DNA of 64,000 nucleotides from an uncultured Candidatus Saccharibacteria bacterium. GTDB lineage: Bacteria > Patescibacteriota > Doudnabacteria > UBA920. Positions 28,224-37,242 of this stretch are shown one piece after another; the first letter of the stretch is position 1; the number at the start of each line of letters is the position of its first letter. The stretch lies in assembly GCA_964473815.1 (NCBI GenBank), contig CAYYQK010000002.1, forward strand, positions 105,128-169,127, given 5' to 3'. A program made the position numbers and the translations under genes. The notes below the pieces were generated by a model that saw only the letters and a program-made list of their open reading frames with translations, did no database searches and was not told the DNA's origin.

Positions 28224-30452
28224 ATGGGTAGAAACAAAAAACGCACGAAAGACAAAGACGAGGAATCCAGCGGAATCATCAAATCTATTGGTAAACCAAA
28301 ATTAGATTTACACTCAGAAACAAAACGCGGCATTGCGGTCGTGGTGTTTTTGATTTTGGCCGGGATCACAGCACTGGCAATCATTGGTAGCGCTGGTGGT
28401 TTTGGAGCTGCCATTTTCAAAATTTTTGCAATGCTATTTGGTGTGTTGGCATACTTAATGCCAATTTTGTTTTTGTTGATTGCGTATTTGTTGTTCAAAG
28501 CAAAATCAGAAGAAGAAAATACTCACCCATACACTCGCACTTACTTGGGAATGTTTTTAACTGCAGGCAGCTTAGCGGGTTTAATCTCCTCTATGTATAT
28601 GACACCTGAGATGGGTGCAACTGCTTTGGCAAATGCCGGTCGCGCGGGTGGATACTTGGGCGCGTTGTTTGCCGGACCTGCTCTTAGTGCTTTTGGACTT
28701 TGGGCTGGTGACTTATTGTTAATTGGTTTGTTAGTCATTGGTGTTGTAATTGTTTTGAATTTATCACCATTGCTTTGGTTCAAAAAGAAAACCACAGAAG
28801 AAACTGTTGAAGGTGAAAGCAATGTAAAAATCAATTCGCTTACTGATGCAGTTATGAAAGCCGCGCAAGCTGATGAAGATAATGCAGATGACGATGTAGA
28901 GGAAGAAGTGCGCGCGCCGCTACAGCCAACAATCAACTTAACGCCATCTGGTCCAAGCAAAGCTGATGAAGCCATTGCAAAAATGGATTCTATTATTTTG
29001 GAAGATCGTCGCGACTGGAAGTTGCCCCCGTTTGATTTGTTAGATGACAACAAAACCGAAGTCGATTCTGGAAACATTGAAAGCAATGTGGCAATCATTC
29101 AAAAAACTTTGTCAGATTTCGGAATAGAAGTAGAAATGGGAGAAGTGAATGTGGGTCCTACTGTTACGCAATATACTTTGCGTCCAGCTACTGGAGTGAA
29201 GTTGTCACAAATCGCAGCTTTGCAAAATGACCTCGCACTCGCACTTGCAGCGCATGCGATTCGTATGGAATTGCCAATTCCAGGCAAGTCGCTTGTTGGT
29301 ATTGAAGTGCCGAACAAATCTACTGCTATTGTTCGTATCCGCGAAGTTATGCAAACCTCTGATTTCGTTAACTTTAAGAGCAAATTGGCTTTGGCTTTGG
29401 GTCGTGATGTAGCTGGTCGTCCTCAAATTGCTGACCTGGCTAAAATGCCACACATGTTAATTGCTGGTGCGACCGGAACTGGAAAATCTGTGGCCATCAA
29501 CAGTTTATTCGTTTCTCTATTATATAGAAACACTCCTCAGGACATTAAGTTCATTGTGGTTGACCCGAAGCGCGTGGAATTATCTATGTATAATGGCATC
29601 CCGCATCTTTTGACACCGGCGATTACCGAATCTGACAAGGCCGTAAATGCTTTAAAATGGGCTGTTGCCGAAATGGAACGTCGCTATCGTTTGCTGGCCG
29701 AAGCTGGTAACCGCAATATTGCTGACTACAACGCTGCAACCGAATTAAAGCTTCCTTACATTGTAATTATTGTTGATGAGTTAGCCGACCTTATGGCAGT
29801 TGCGCAGGCAGATGTGGAAGCCGCAATTGTGCGTCTCGCTCAAATGGCGCGCGCGGTTGGTATTCACTTAATTTTGGCTACGCAACGTCCAAGCGTAGAA
29901 GTTATTACCGGATTGATTAAAGCGAACATTACATCGCGTGCTGCCTTTGCTGTTGCATCACAAGTTGACTCGCGTACTATTTTAGATTCAAGTGGCGCAG
30001 AAAAGTTACTTGGAAATGGTGACATGTTGTTTGTGTCTGCTGAGTTTAATCGACCACGCCGCGTGCAAGGTGCGTATGTGGGTGAAGCCGAAGTTCGGAA
30101 AGTTGTTGACTTCTTCAAGAATCAGGCTGGCGCTGTAATCTACAACGAAGAGATTACGGAAAAACCAAAACGCGGTTTGGGAATTCCAGGTATGGGTGGT
30201 GGCAGTGATGACGGTAATGATGAGGATGATTTGTATGATGCAGCAAAAGAAGAAGTGATGCGCGCTGGTAAGGCCAGTGCAAGTTTGTTGCAACGTCGCC
30301 TACGCATTGGTTATGCGCGCGCTGCACGTTTGCTCGATATTCTAGAAGACAAGGGAATTATCGGTCCGGGTGATGGTGCCAAGCCTCGGGAAGTGTACGG
30401 AATATCGAATGCGGAAAAAGAAGAATACGGTAGCGAAGAAAACGAGCTTTAA
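28224..30452 (+). CDS. ftsK: DNA translocase FtsK/SpoIIIE
   Basis: 4TM N-terminus, GATGTGKS, DELADLM, LATQRPS, gamma domain LQRRLRIGYARAARL. Confidence 0.97.
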   Translation: MGRNKKRTKDKDEESSGIIKSIGKPKLDLHSETKRGIAVVVFLILAGITALAIIGSAGGFGAAIFKIFAMLFGVLAYLMPILFLLIAYLLFKAKSEEENTHPYTRTYLGMFLTAGSLAGLISSMYMTPEMGATALANAGRAGGYLGALFAGPALSAFGLWAGDLLLIGLLVIGVVIVLNLSPLLWFKKKTTEETVEGESNVKINSLTDAVMKAAQADEDNADDDVEEEVRAPLQPTINLTPSGPSKADEAIAKMDSIILEDRRDWKLPPFDLLDDNKTEVDSGNIESNVAIIQKTLSDFGIEVEMGEVNVGPTVTQYTLRPATGVKLSQIAALQNDLALALAAHAIRMELPIPGKSLVGIEVPNKSTAIVRIREVMQTSDFVNFKSKLALALGRDVAGRPQIADLAKMPHMLIAGATGTGKSVAINSLFVSLLYRNTPQDIKFIVVDPKRVELSMYNGIPHLLTPAITESDKAVNALKWAVAEMERRYRLLAEAGNRNIADYNAATELKLPYIVIIVDELADLMAVAQADVEAAIVRLAQMARAVGIHLILATQRPSVEVITGLIKANITSRAAFAVASQVDSRTILDSSGAEKLLGNGDMLFVSAEFNRPRRVQGAYVGEAEVRKVVDFFKNQAGAVIYNEEITEKPKRGLGIPGMGGGSDDGNDEDDLYDAAKEEVMRAGKASASLLQRRLRIGYARAARLLDILEDKGIIGPGDGAKPREVYGISNAEKEEYGSEENEL

Positions 30453-30513
30453 ATCTAAATAAAATTCCGGAAAATCTAAAGCGCCGCAAGGCGCTTTTTG
30501 CTATCATATAAAT

Positions 30514-31173
30514 ATGGAAAATATAAAGTGGATATTCTTTGATATGGGAGGTGTGCTTTTGGACGACACCGTGCCTGAAAGCAAAAGACAAAATTTTGCA
30601 TTGGAAGTCGCAAAGAAATACATGCCCGAAACTACTATGGCAGAGGTAAAACAGGCTTGGTTGGATGCATCAGGTATACCAGGAAGTATGCGCATGGTTG
30701 CGATGCGAGAACTTTGTAAAAATCTACCCAACATCGAAGAAGTTGTTCACGAGTATGACAAAATTTGTCAGGTAGATTATTACGGACTTTCTAAGATTAG
30801 ACCAGAAGCAAAAAAAGTTTTAGCAGAACTTAGTAAAAAATATAATATTGGCTTGATGGCAAATCAGGGACCGCAAGCTATTGACCATTTAGTAGATGCT
30901 GGTATATTAGAATATTTTTCTCACCAGAAAATGTCTCATCATGTTGGCTTGGCAAAACCTGACCCAGAATTTTACAGAGCTATCTTTGCAGACACCGGAT
31001 CGAAACCCGAAGAGAGTGTTAATATAGATGACAATTGGTTTCGTGGGTGTGTTCCAGGCAAGAAACTTGGTATGAAAACAATTTTGTTTAAAGGACCAAC
31101 TGTGCCTTTTCCTGAAGACGCAAACCCAGACTTTGCTATCAGTCGCCTCGATGAATTACTCGAGATATTTTAA
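30514..31173 (+). CDS. HAD-superfamily hydrolase
   Basis: FFDMGGVLLD, KPDP, IDD motifs. Confidence 0.88.
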   Translation: MENIKWIFFDMGGVLLDDTVPESKRQNFALEVAKKYMPETTMAEVKQAWLDASGIPGSMRMVAMRELCKNLPNIEEVVHEYDKICQVDYYGLSKIRPEAKKVLAELSKKYNIGLMANQGPQAIDHLVDAGILEYFSHQKMSHHVGLAKPDPEFYRAIFADTGSKPEESVNIDDNWFRGCVPGKKLGMKTILFKGPTVPFPEDANPDFAISRLDELLEIF

Positions 31174-31254
31174 AAGCGCTATCACGCGCTTTTAAATTTT
31201 CTTTCACATTTTTTATGCTTTTTTAGCATCCCGAAATGTGGTAAAATACACAGT

Positions 31255-32436
31255 ATGCCGATTGAATTTGAAACAAAAAAACTTGAAATGGAAACTCTGG
31301 GGGAGTACTTGTTGGCTGTCCGCAATGAACTTGGCTTAACTCTCGAAGAAGTATCACAAAAAACAGGGGTTTACGAGAAATTCATCCATTATATAGAGTC
31401 GGGCAAATACCATCTATTACCGCCGGGCGTCTATGTTTTGGGTTTTTTAAAGAAATTAGCCGAAGTTTACCATATCTCTGCTGATCAGCTGTTGGCGCAA
31501 TACCGTAAAGAGCTTGGAATTGTTGAACATGCGGCTTCTGAACGCTTGGCTGAACGGAAAACCTGGAAGGCTCGCTGGAGCCGGGTTACTATCACCCCGA
31601 AACTTATTACCATTACTGCCAGCTCAGTTGTTGGCGTGTTTGCTTTCTTCTATATAGTGTTCCAGGTGTTTGCGATCAACAAAACTCCCGCACTGACAAT
31701 TACTGAACCAAAAAATGATGCCGTAATTTCTGGAAGCTCTATTAATGTAGCTGGGAAAACCGAACCAGGAATTGTTGTGAGTATTAACGGACAAAATGTT
31801 TTTGTAGATCAGAATGGTGATTTTCATGCCACCATTGGTGTAGCTCCAGGACAAAAAGAATTACGCATTGATGCGGCAAACAAATTTGGTAAACATGCTG
31901 AACAAGTTCTCGCTCTTCGAGTTGATGATGATCCTAACGCTGCTAAAGTTGCTGGTGCAGAAACTAACATTCCTTCAGAATTAGATTTGCAACTCACCTT
32001 CACTAAAGAAACGAAAATTGAATTAGAACGTGATGGTCAACAAATGTCAGCAGAAATAATTCCTGCTGGAGCAGTAAAAGATATCAATGCTCAAGATAAA
32101 ATTACTGTCACCACCTATGATGCTGGAAACACCAAAGCAACTTTGAATGGGAAAGTAATTGGTTTCCTTGGTAAGCCTGGTGAAAAAATTTCTGTACCGT
32201 TTACAAAAGATGCTGCTAGTTTGTTGAGTCAGCAACCAGTTATTCCTGAACCAACTCCTGCTCCGGCGCCAAAGCCTACCGCAAAAACTACAACGAAGAA
32301 AACCAGTACCACCACAAAGACGACAAATACTAATACAAACAGCAACACCAATACTGCGACCCCTGCTCCTGCACAGACCGACTACCAACAGCCTTCGACT
32401 CCGGCCTCAGAAGCTGATAAACAAAACGGATTATAA
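31255..32436 (+). CDS. RodZ-like protein (XRE HTH + TM + Ig-like extracellular domains)
   Basis: TLGEYL..R..LTLEEVS..IESG.Y..LP..VYVLGFLKK; lies between ftsK and recA. Confidence 0.75.
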   Translation: MPIEFETKKLEMETLGEYLLAVRNELGLTLEEVSQKTGVYEKFIHYIESGKYHLLPPGVYVLGFLKKLAEVYHISADQLLAQYRKELGIVEHAASERLAERKTWKARWSRVTITPKLITITASSVVGVFAFFYIVFQVFAINKTPALTITEPKNDAVISGSSINVAGKTEPGIVVSINGQNVFVDQNGDFHATIGVAPGQKELRIDAANKFGKHAEQVLALRVDDDPNAAKVAGAETNIPSELDLQLTFTKETKIELERDGQQMSAEIIPAGAVKDINAQDKITVTTYDAGNTKATLNGKVIGFLGKPGEKISVPFTKDAASLLSQQPVIPEPTPAPAPKPTAKTTTKKTSTTTKTTNTNTNSNTNTATPAPAQTDYQQPSTPASEADKQNGL

Positions 32437-32447
32437 ATTCAGTAAAT

Positions 32448-32514
32448 CTTTAAAAAAAGTTTATCAAAACTTTACAATAACTTTACGTGGAATTGAACTG
32501 CCCTCTGTTATGAT
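32448..32514 (+). promoter_or_regulatory. recA promoter: four 11-bp repeats, conserved 21-mer, extended -10
   Basis: ctttacgtggaattgaactgc identical at 37203; TGtTATGAT. Confidence 0.75.
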
Positions 32515-32538
32515 GGCAATGTAATTAAGAACATACAT

Positions 32539-33636
32539 ATGGCAAAAGCAAAAAAGACATCAGCAGCAAAGGCTGCAACAAGCACTGACTCTAAAGCTGG
32601 CAAGTGGGGAGCAGTTGAAAACGCGATGGATCAAATCCGCGACAAGTTTGGTGATGGCAGTATCATGAAAATTTCTGATACTCAGAAGCTAAACGTCGAA
32701 GCAATTCCAACTGGTAGTATTAGCTTGGATATGGCTTTGGGAGTAGGCGGTGTGCCAAAGGGCCGCATTGTTGAAGTTTACGGTCCGGAAAGTTCTGGTA
32801 AAACAACTTTAACTTTGCACATGATTGCTGAAGTACAAAAGCGCGGTGGTTTAGCTGCGTTCATCGATGCCGAACACGCGCTCGACCCGGAATATGCAAA
32901 ACGCATTGGTGTAAATCTGGAAGACTTACTAATTTCGCAGCCAGACAGTGGTGAACAGGCCTTAGATATTACCGAAACTTTAGTTCGAAGTAATGCGTTA
33001 GATTTAATTGTTGTTGACTCTGTTGCCGCCCTAACACCACGCGCGGAAATCGAAGGTGAGATGGGACAATCGCACATGGGATTGCAAGCAAGACTTATGT
33101 CGCAAGCCTTGCGTAAGTTAACTGGAATTATTGCGAAGTCGAATACAACTGTTGTGTTCATCAACCAGATTCGCATGAAGATTGGTGTGATGTTTGGTAA
33201 CCCAGAAACCACTACTGGCGGAAACGCGTTGAAGTTTTATGCAAGTGTTCGTGTTGAGATTCGCCGTACCGCGCAAATTAAAAATGGCGATAAAATTATT
33301 GGTAACCGAACGAAGGCTAAAGTTGTAAAGAATAAAGTGGCACCGCCGTTTAAAGTTGCTGAATTTGATATTATGTACAACGAAGGAATTTCTGCTGCGG
33401 GTGATGTGCTCGACACTGGAATTCTAACCGGCGTTATAAATAAAAGTGGTAACTCATATTCATTTGAAGATATTAAACTTGGTGTCGGCCGCGAAACTGC
33501 CAAAACATTCCTAAAAGAAAATAAAGATATTTTTGCTAAAGTGGATAAAGCATTGCGTGAAAAACTGAGTTCTGGTGAACCACTAATGAATAAAGAAATG
33601 GAAGATCTTGGTTCAGACGAAGAAGACGAAGATTAA
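32539..33636 (+). CDS. recA: recombinase RecA
   Basis: [27 protein letters not shown]. Confidence 0.99.
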   Translation: MAKAKKTSAAKAATSTDSKAGKWGAVENAMDQIRDKFGDGSIMKISDTQKLNVEAIPTGSISLDMALGVGGVPKGRIVEVYGPESSGKTTLTLHMIAEVQKRGGLAAFIDAEHALDPEYAKRIGVNLEDLLISQPDSGEQALDITETLVRSNALDLIVVDSVAALTPRAEIEGEMGQSHMGLQARLMSQALRKLTGIIAKSNTTVVFINQIRMKIGVMFGNPETTTGGNALKFYASVRVEIRRTAQIKNGDKIIGNRTKAKVVKNKVAPPFKVAEFDIMYNEGISAAGDVLDTGILTGVINKSGNSYSFEDIKLGVGRETAKTFLKENKDIFAKVDKALREKLSSGEPLMNKEMEDLGSDEEDED

Positions 33637-33650
33637 TCTATATATAGTAG

Positions 33651-33688
33651 AGCCCGTGGTTGCGATCGCGCCACGGGCTTTTTCTTTT
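33651..33688 (+). terminator. recA terminator
   Basis: agcccgtgg/ccacgggct plus T-tract. Confidence 0.85.
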
Positions 33689-33709
33689 GTAATCATTTAT
33701 ACTATATAT

Positions 33710-35911
33710 ATGGTTGATAATAGAAGATATTGTAGTGTTGACCTGGAATTTACGGGTTTTGACCCGGCAATCGACCAAATCTTGGAAATAGGATTTGCGT
33801 TTTTTGAATTGGGGCCAGATGGTTTTGTTGTGACAGAGGAATGGTCGCAAGTTTTTAAGCCAAGCATAGAAGTGCACCCAAAGATTTTGGGTTTAACTGG
33901 TATCACACAAGAAGAGTTAGATAACGCGCCAGAGTTTAACGAGCACCGTGAAGTGTTGCAAGAGAAATTAGGTGATGCAATTATCGTGGGTCATAACCCA
34001 ACCATGGACGTGAAGTTTTTAGAAAGTTACGGAATTAAGTTGTCTGGTCAGATTGTAGACACGCTTGAATTAGTGCAATTTATTTTACCAACCCATCATA
34101 GTTACAACTTGGAAAACTTGGTGCATTACTTTGGCGTGAAGCATCATAAAGCGCATCGTGCGTTGGGCGATGCTCTTTCTACGATTCAGGTTTTGGAAAA
34201 TCTAATTCGTGTTTATCAAAAGTTTCCAGAAAAGTTGCAAAGTGAATTGCAAGAAGTAATTAATCGTAGTGAGTTTTTGTGGCAGAAATTAGTAGATGCA
34301 AAACTACCGGAGAAACAATTAGAACAAAACGATTCCTTAGCTCATAACAATGCACGTCAAAAATTACAGCCATTTAATATTAATAACGAGTTAATTATTA
34401 TTGATGACGATGGCAATGATCATGAAGCACGAGTTGCACTAGGTTTGAAGAAAAGCAATACACCAAGTGTGTTAGCAGTAAGCGATAGCATAACTGCAAT
34501 GCGTTTATGGCGTGCTGGTTTTGCTCACGGAATATTTTTAAGCGAAGATACTTTTTCGGAAGTAGCGTTTAAAAAGTTTTTAGAACGAGCACAAACTCAA
34601 GAAGAGTTACGATTCTGTTTAAAGATAATTGTTTGGCTTCATACCAATTGGCAAACAGAAGTTGTGTTTGATTTAAACATTTCTTTCTTTGGCGGACAGT
34701 TTAGACAATTTATTGTTGGCGGGAAAGCACGAACTACAAATGAGAATGTAATCGTTTTAGATTATGTTACTTTGCAATCACTTGCACTCACCGGAAAGTT
34801 TAAAGATCGCAAACTAGTCATCTGCGACATTTTAAATTTTGAAAAATATATAAGTTCGGGTTTTGGAACAAGACTGGCATGGGGCCAAGTGTTGTATGCT
34901 TTGCGTTTAGTTTACAATCCTGAAACAGAATTTGGTATTTTAGAATTAAAAGATAAAGTCATCGATGCATTGGTTGCAACAGATTTATTTTTTGGTTTAG
35001 TGTTCATGCTAACGCATCAATCTTTACCTAACAATCAATATGCTAATTTACATGACTTAGCTAATAATCATTCCCAGGTTTATTCTCGATTGTCACAGGC
35101 TGCTACAAACCTTAAAGATAAGCTTGTCGACATAGCTGATCATACCAAGTCGGGTGAGCTAGGGCGAGTGGTGAATTTCTTAACGGATTTCTTCGAGGAG
35201 AACCCCGGACATGTAAAGTGGATTACTATCGATGAATATAACTCAACCTTTCATGACCAGCCTATAGATATATCAGAAAGCGTGACAGATATAACCTCTC
35301 ACTTCGCTCAACTACAATTTACTGAGAGCATCACTGACAAGGCTTTACTTTCTTATCTTGTTGATCGTCTCGGGTTACATAATGAAGAATCCGAGATTAC
35401 CAATAAAACATTACCAAAGAACCTGCATATTGAGGTTGTTAATTCAGAGCCATCAGATGAAGAGTTGTTTAATTTAAGTGCAAACTCCGCGCTGCCATTA
35501 GTAATGGTGATGCAGCAACCATCAAATGTAAAAGAATTTTATAACGCGCATTACTCTGAAATAAAGAAAACCGCTAGTCTTTTTGCACAAGGATATTCCG
35601 GAGGCGGTAATAAGATGTTCCGCAACTTCTCTATTAGAGAAAATAGTATTCTTTTAGTCACTGCAGACTTCATGGCAAAGCAAAACTATTTAATTACCGC
35701 AAAAAATTTGGTATTTATAGGTTTGCCCAACATAGAAACTCAACATCCTTACACTGCAGCATTGCTTCAGCACTGGAAAAAACAACACCCACACTTAGAA
35801 GAAGTTATGCAGTTACAAAAAATGGTTGGTGCACTAAAAAAATTAAAATTAGATGGCCAAACTAACGTACAAATTTATACAAACGACAAAAATTTTTCCT
35901 TTTGGGGATAA
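33710..35911 (+). CDS. DEDDh 3'-5' exonuclease fused to a degenerate DinG-like region
   Basis: VDLEFTG, VGHN, HRALGDA; no Walker A or DEAH visible in the remainder. Confidence 0.75.
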   Translation: MVDNRRYCSVDLEFTGFDPAIDQILEIGFAFFELGPDGFVVTEEWSQVFKPSIEVHPKILGLTGITQEELDNAPEFNEHREVLQEKLGDAIIVGHNPTMDVKFLESYGIKLSGQIVDTLELVQFILPTHHSYNLENLVHYFGVKHHKAHRALGDALSTIQVLENLIRVYQKFPEKLQSELQEVINRSEFLWQKLVDAKLPEKQLEQNDSLAHNNARQKLQPFNINNELIIIDDDGNDHEARVALGLKKSNTPSVLAVSDSITAMRLWRAGFAHGIFLSEDTFSEVAFKKFLERAQTQEELRFCLKIIVWLHTNWQTEVVFDLNISFFGGQFRQFIVGGKARTTNENVIVLDYVTLQSLALTGKFKDRKLVICDILNFEKYISSGFGTRLAWGQVLYALRLVYNPETEFGILELKDKVIDALVATDLFFGLVFMLTHQSLPNNQYANLHDLANNHSQVYSRLSQAATNLKDKLVDIADHTKSGELGRVVNFLTDFFEENPGHVKWITIDEYNSTFHDQPIDISESVTDITSHFAQLQFTESITDKALLSYLVDRLGLHNEESEITNKTLPKNLHIEVVNSEPSDEELFNLSANSALPLVMVMQQPSNVKEFYNAHYSEIKKTASLFAQGYSGGGNKMFRNFSIRENSILLVTADFMAKQNYLITAKNLVFIGLPNIETQHPYTAALLQHWKKQHPHLEEVMQLQKMVGALKKLKLDGQTNVQIYTNDKNFSFWG

Positions 35912-35917
35912 CACCCG

Positions 35918-35975
35918 TTGACAAAGTGAAAAAATTATGATAAGATACTTTTGTAACGTAAATTGCTCCTTGAAA
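35918..35975 (+). promoter_or_regulatory. sigma70 promoter with boxA-like element
   Basis: TTGACA(35918)-17-TAAGAT(35941); TGCTCCTTGAAA at 35964. Confidence 0.75.
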
Positions 35976-36425
35976 TAAAAATATAAAAAGCAAACTGAAC
36001 TAAGGAAATCTGCGCTTGAGGATCTAGAGCTTCATTTGAGCGTAGGCTTCCTTCTTACTCTTCGTCATAGTCTGTCCTAATTCAGACTGTTTGAAAAACA
36101 AAAATAAAATGTAGGTTCTCCTCTCCTTATAAGAGGCAAAAATTTTTCTAAAACAAAAACAAAACTAAAAGAACAAAAAGTTTAGGTCTAGCGACCACAA
36201 GAGGAGTTTGAAGTGCAGTTTGCAATTAATTAGGGTGTAGACATTCTTCTACCATCGTGGGTGGAAGTAAGGCTTAATCGCATAAGTATTGTCTAGTGCA
36301 GTAGGTCTAGGTTCTCAAAGGTTGGGAACCTGCAGCTACTGCGCTGAGCAGTCAAGCAATTGAGCTCAGCGCCACAACCGGCTCGTTCATTTATAATTTA
36401 GGGGCCCGTGTTGGGGCGCTTTTTA
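35953..36425 (+). ncRNA. candidate large structured non-coding RNA (family unassigned)
   Basis: No ORF; at least 8 helices, a long-range closing stem and a possible pseudoknot. Confidence 0.7.
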
Positions 36426-36477
36426 ATTTGTAAATTTTTCTCTATAATATAGACAAGATAAAATAAAGTTTAAAAAT

Positions 36478-36783
36478 ATGCCGTCACAAGAATTTATTGA
36501 TGAAATGCGCGAGAAGCTTCTTTCTGAAAAAGAACGTTTAAGTGCAGAACTTTCCGAATCACCGGAACATACTGAATTGGGAAGTGATTATGATGATCAA
36601 GCGCAAGAAGTTGAACTCGATGATGTAAGCGCAGGTTTGCATAAGCGCGTTGAATCAGATTTAGAAAAAATTGAGAAAGCTTTAGCGAAGATTGAAGCGG
36701 GCACTTATGGCACAGATGATGATGGAAATGAAATTTCCGAAGAACGTTTGCGCGCAATCCCTTGGGCAGATCAAGCAATTTAA
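36478..36783 (+). CDS. DksA/TraR-family protein lacking the C4 zinc finger
   Basis: DYDDQA coiled-coil tip, IEKALAKIEAGTYG, ISEERLRAIPWA; no Cys. Confidence 0.85.
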   Translation: MPSQEFIDEMREKLLSEKERLSAELSESPEHTELGSDYDDQAQEVELDDVSAGLHKRVESDLEKIEKALAKIEAGTYGTDDDGNEISEERLRAIPWADQAI

Positions 36784-36801
36784 TTTTAGCAACTGAATTG
36801 C

Positions 36802-37197
36802 ATGCGCTGGTTTTTCTATACGGCAACTTTAATTTTAATTGACCAACTTTCTAAACTGGCAGCAGGTCATTTGGGTTGGTTGATTTTTTTGAATGATCAA
36901 TTTGCCTTTAGCTTGCCAGTTCCTGTTGCATTGATGTACGTAATTTATTTGGTTGTCTTAATCGCAATTTCTATTTACGTTTACAAAACCTGGATTCGAT
37001 TTGATGATTTACAAAAAACCGCTTGGGTGTTTGTATACGCCGGGGGATTGTCCAATGTGGTTGAAAGAATTTTCTTGGGTCACGTTCGAGATTTTATCCC
37101 GATCTTAAATGGCACGTTAAACCTTGCTGACTTTTTTATAATCTTTGGTTTACTTTTATTGCTGTACTCGCAACGCAAATCTTTATCAAAACTTTAG
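36802..37197 (+). CDS. lspA: lipoprotein signal peptidase II
   Basis: IDQLSK, N..FAFS, GGLSN..ER..VRDFI, NLAD. Confidence 0.88.
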   Translation: MRWFFYTATLILIDQLSKLAAGHLGWLIFLNDQFAFSLPVPVALMYVIYLVVLIAISIYVYKTWIRFDDLQKTAWVFVYAGGLSNVVERIFLGHVRDFIPILNGTLNLADFFIIFGLLLLLYSQRKSLSKL

Positions 37198-37236
37198 AAA
37201 ATCTTTACGTGGAATTGAACTGCGCTTTGCTATGGT
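37181..37236 (+). promoter_or_regulatory. comM promoter: three 11-bp repeats, conserved 21-mer, extended -10
   Basis: Same architecture as the recA promoter; TGcTATGGT 6 nt before ATG. Confidence 0.75.
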
Positions 37237-37242
37237 AACAGC

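Noticed and set aside
35953-36425. Assignment of the structured RNA as tmRNA, RNase P or SRP RNA
   Set aside because: No tRNA-like ends or plausible tag ORF; no GAGGAAAGUCC; the GGUCUAGG...GCAGC hairpin lacks the SRP GNRA loop and helix-8 geometry
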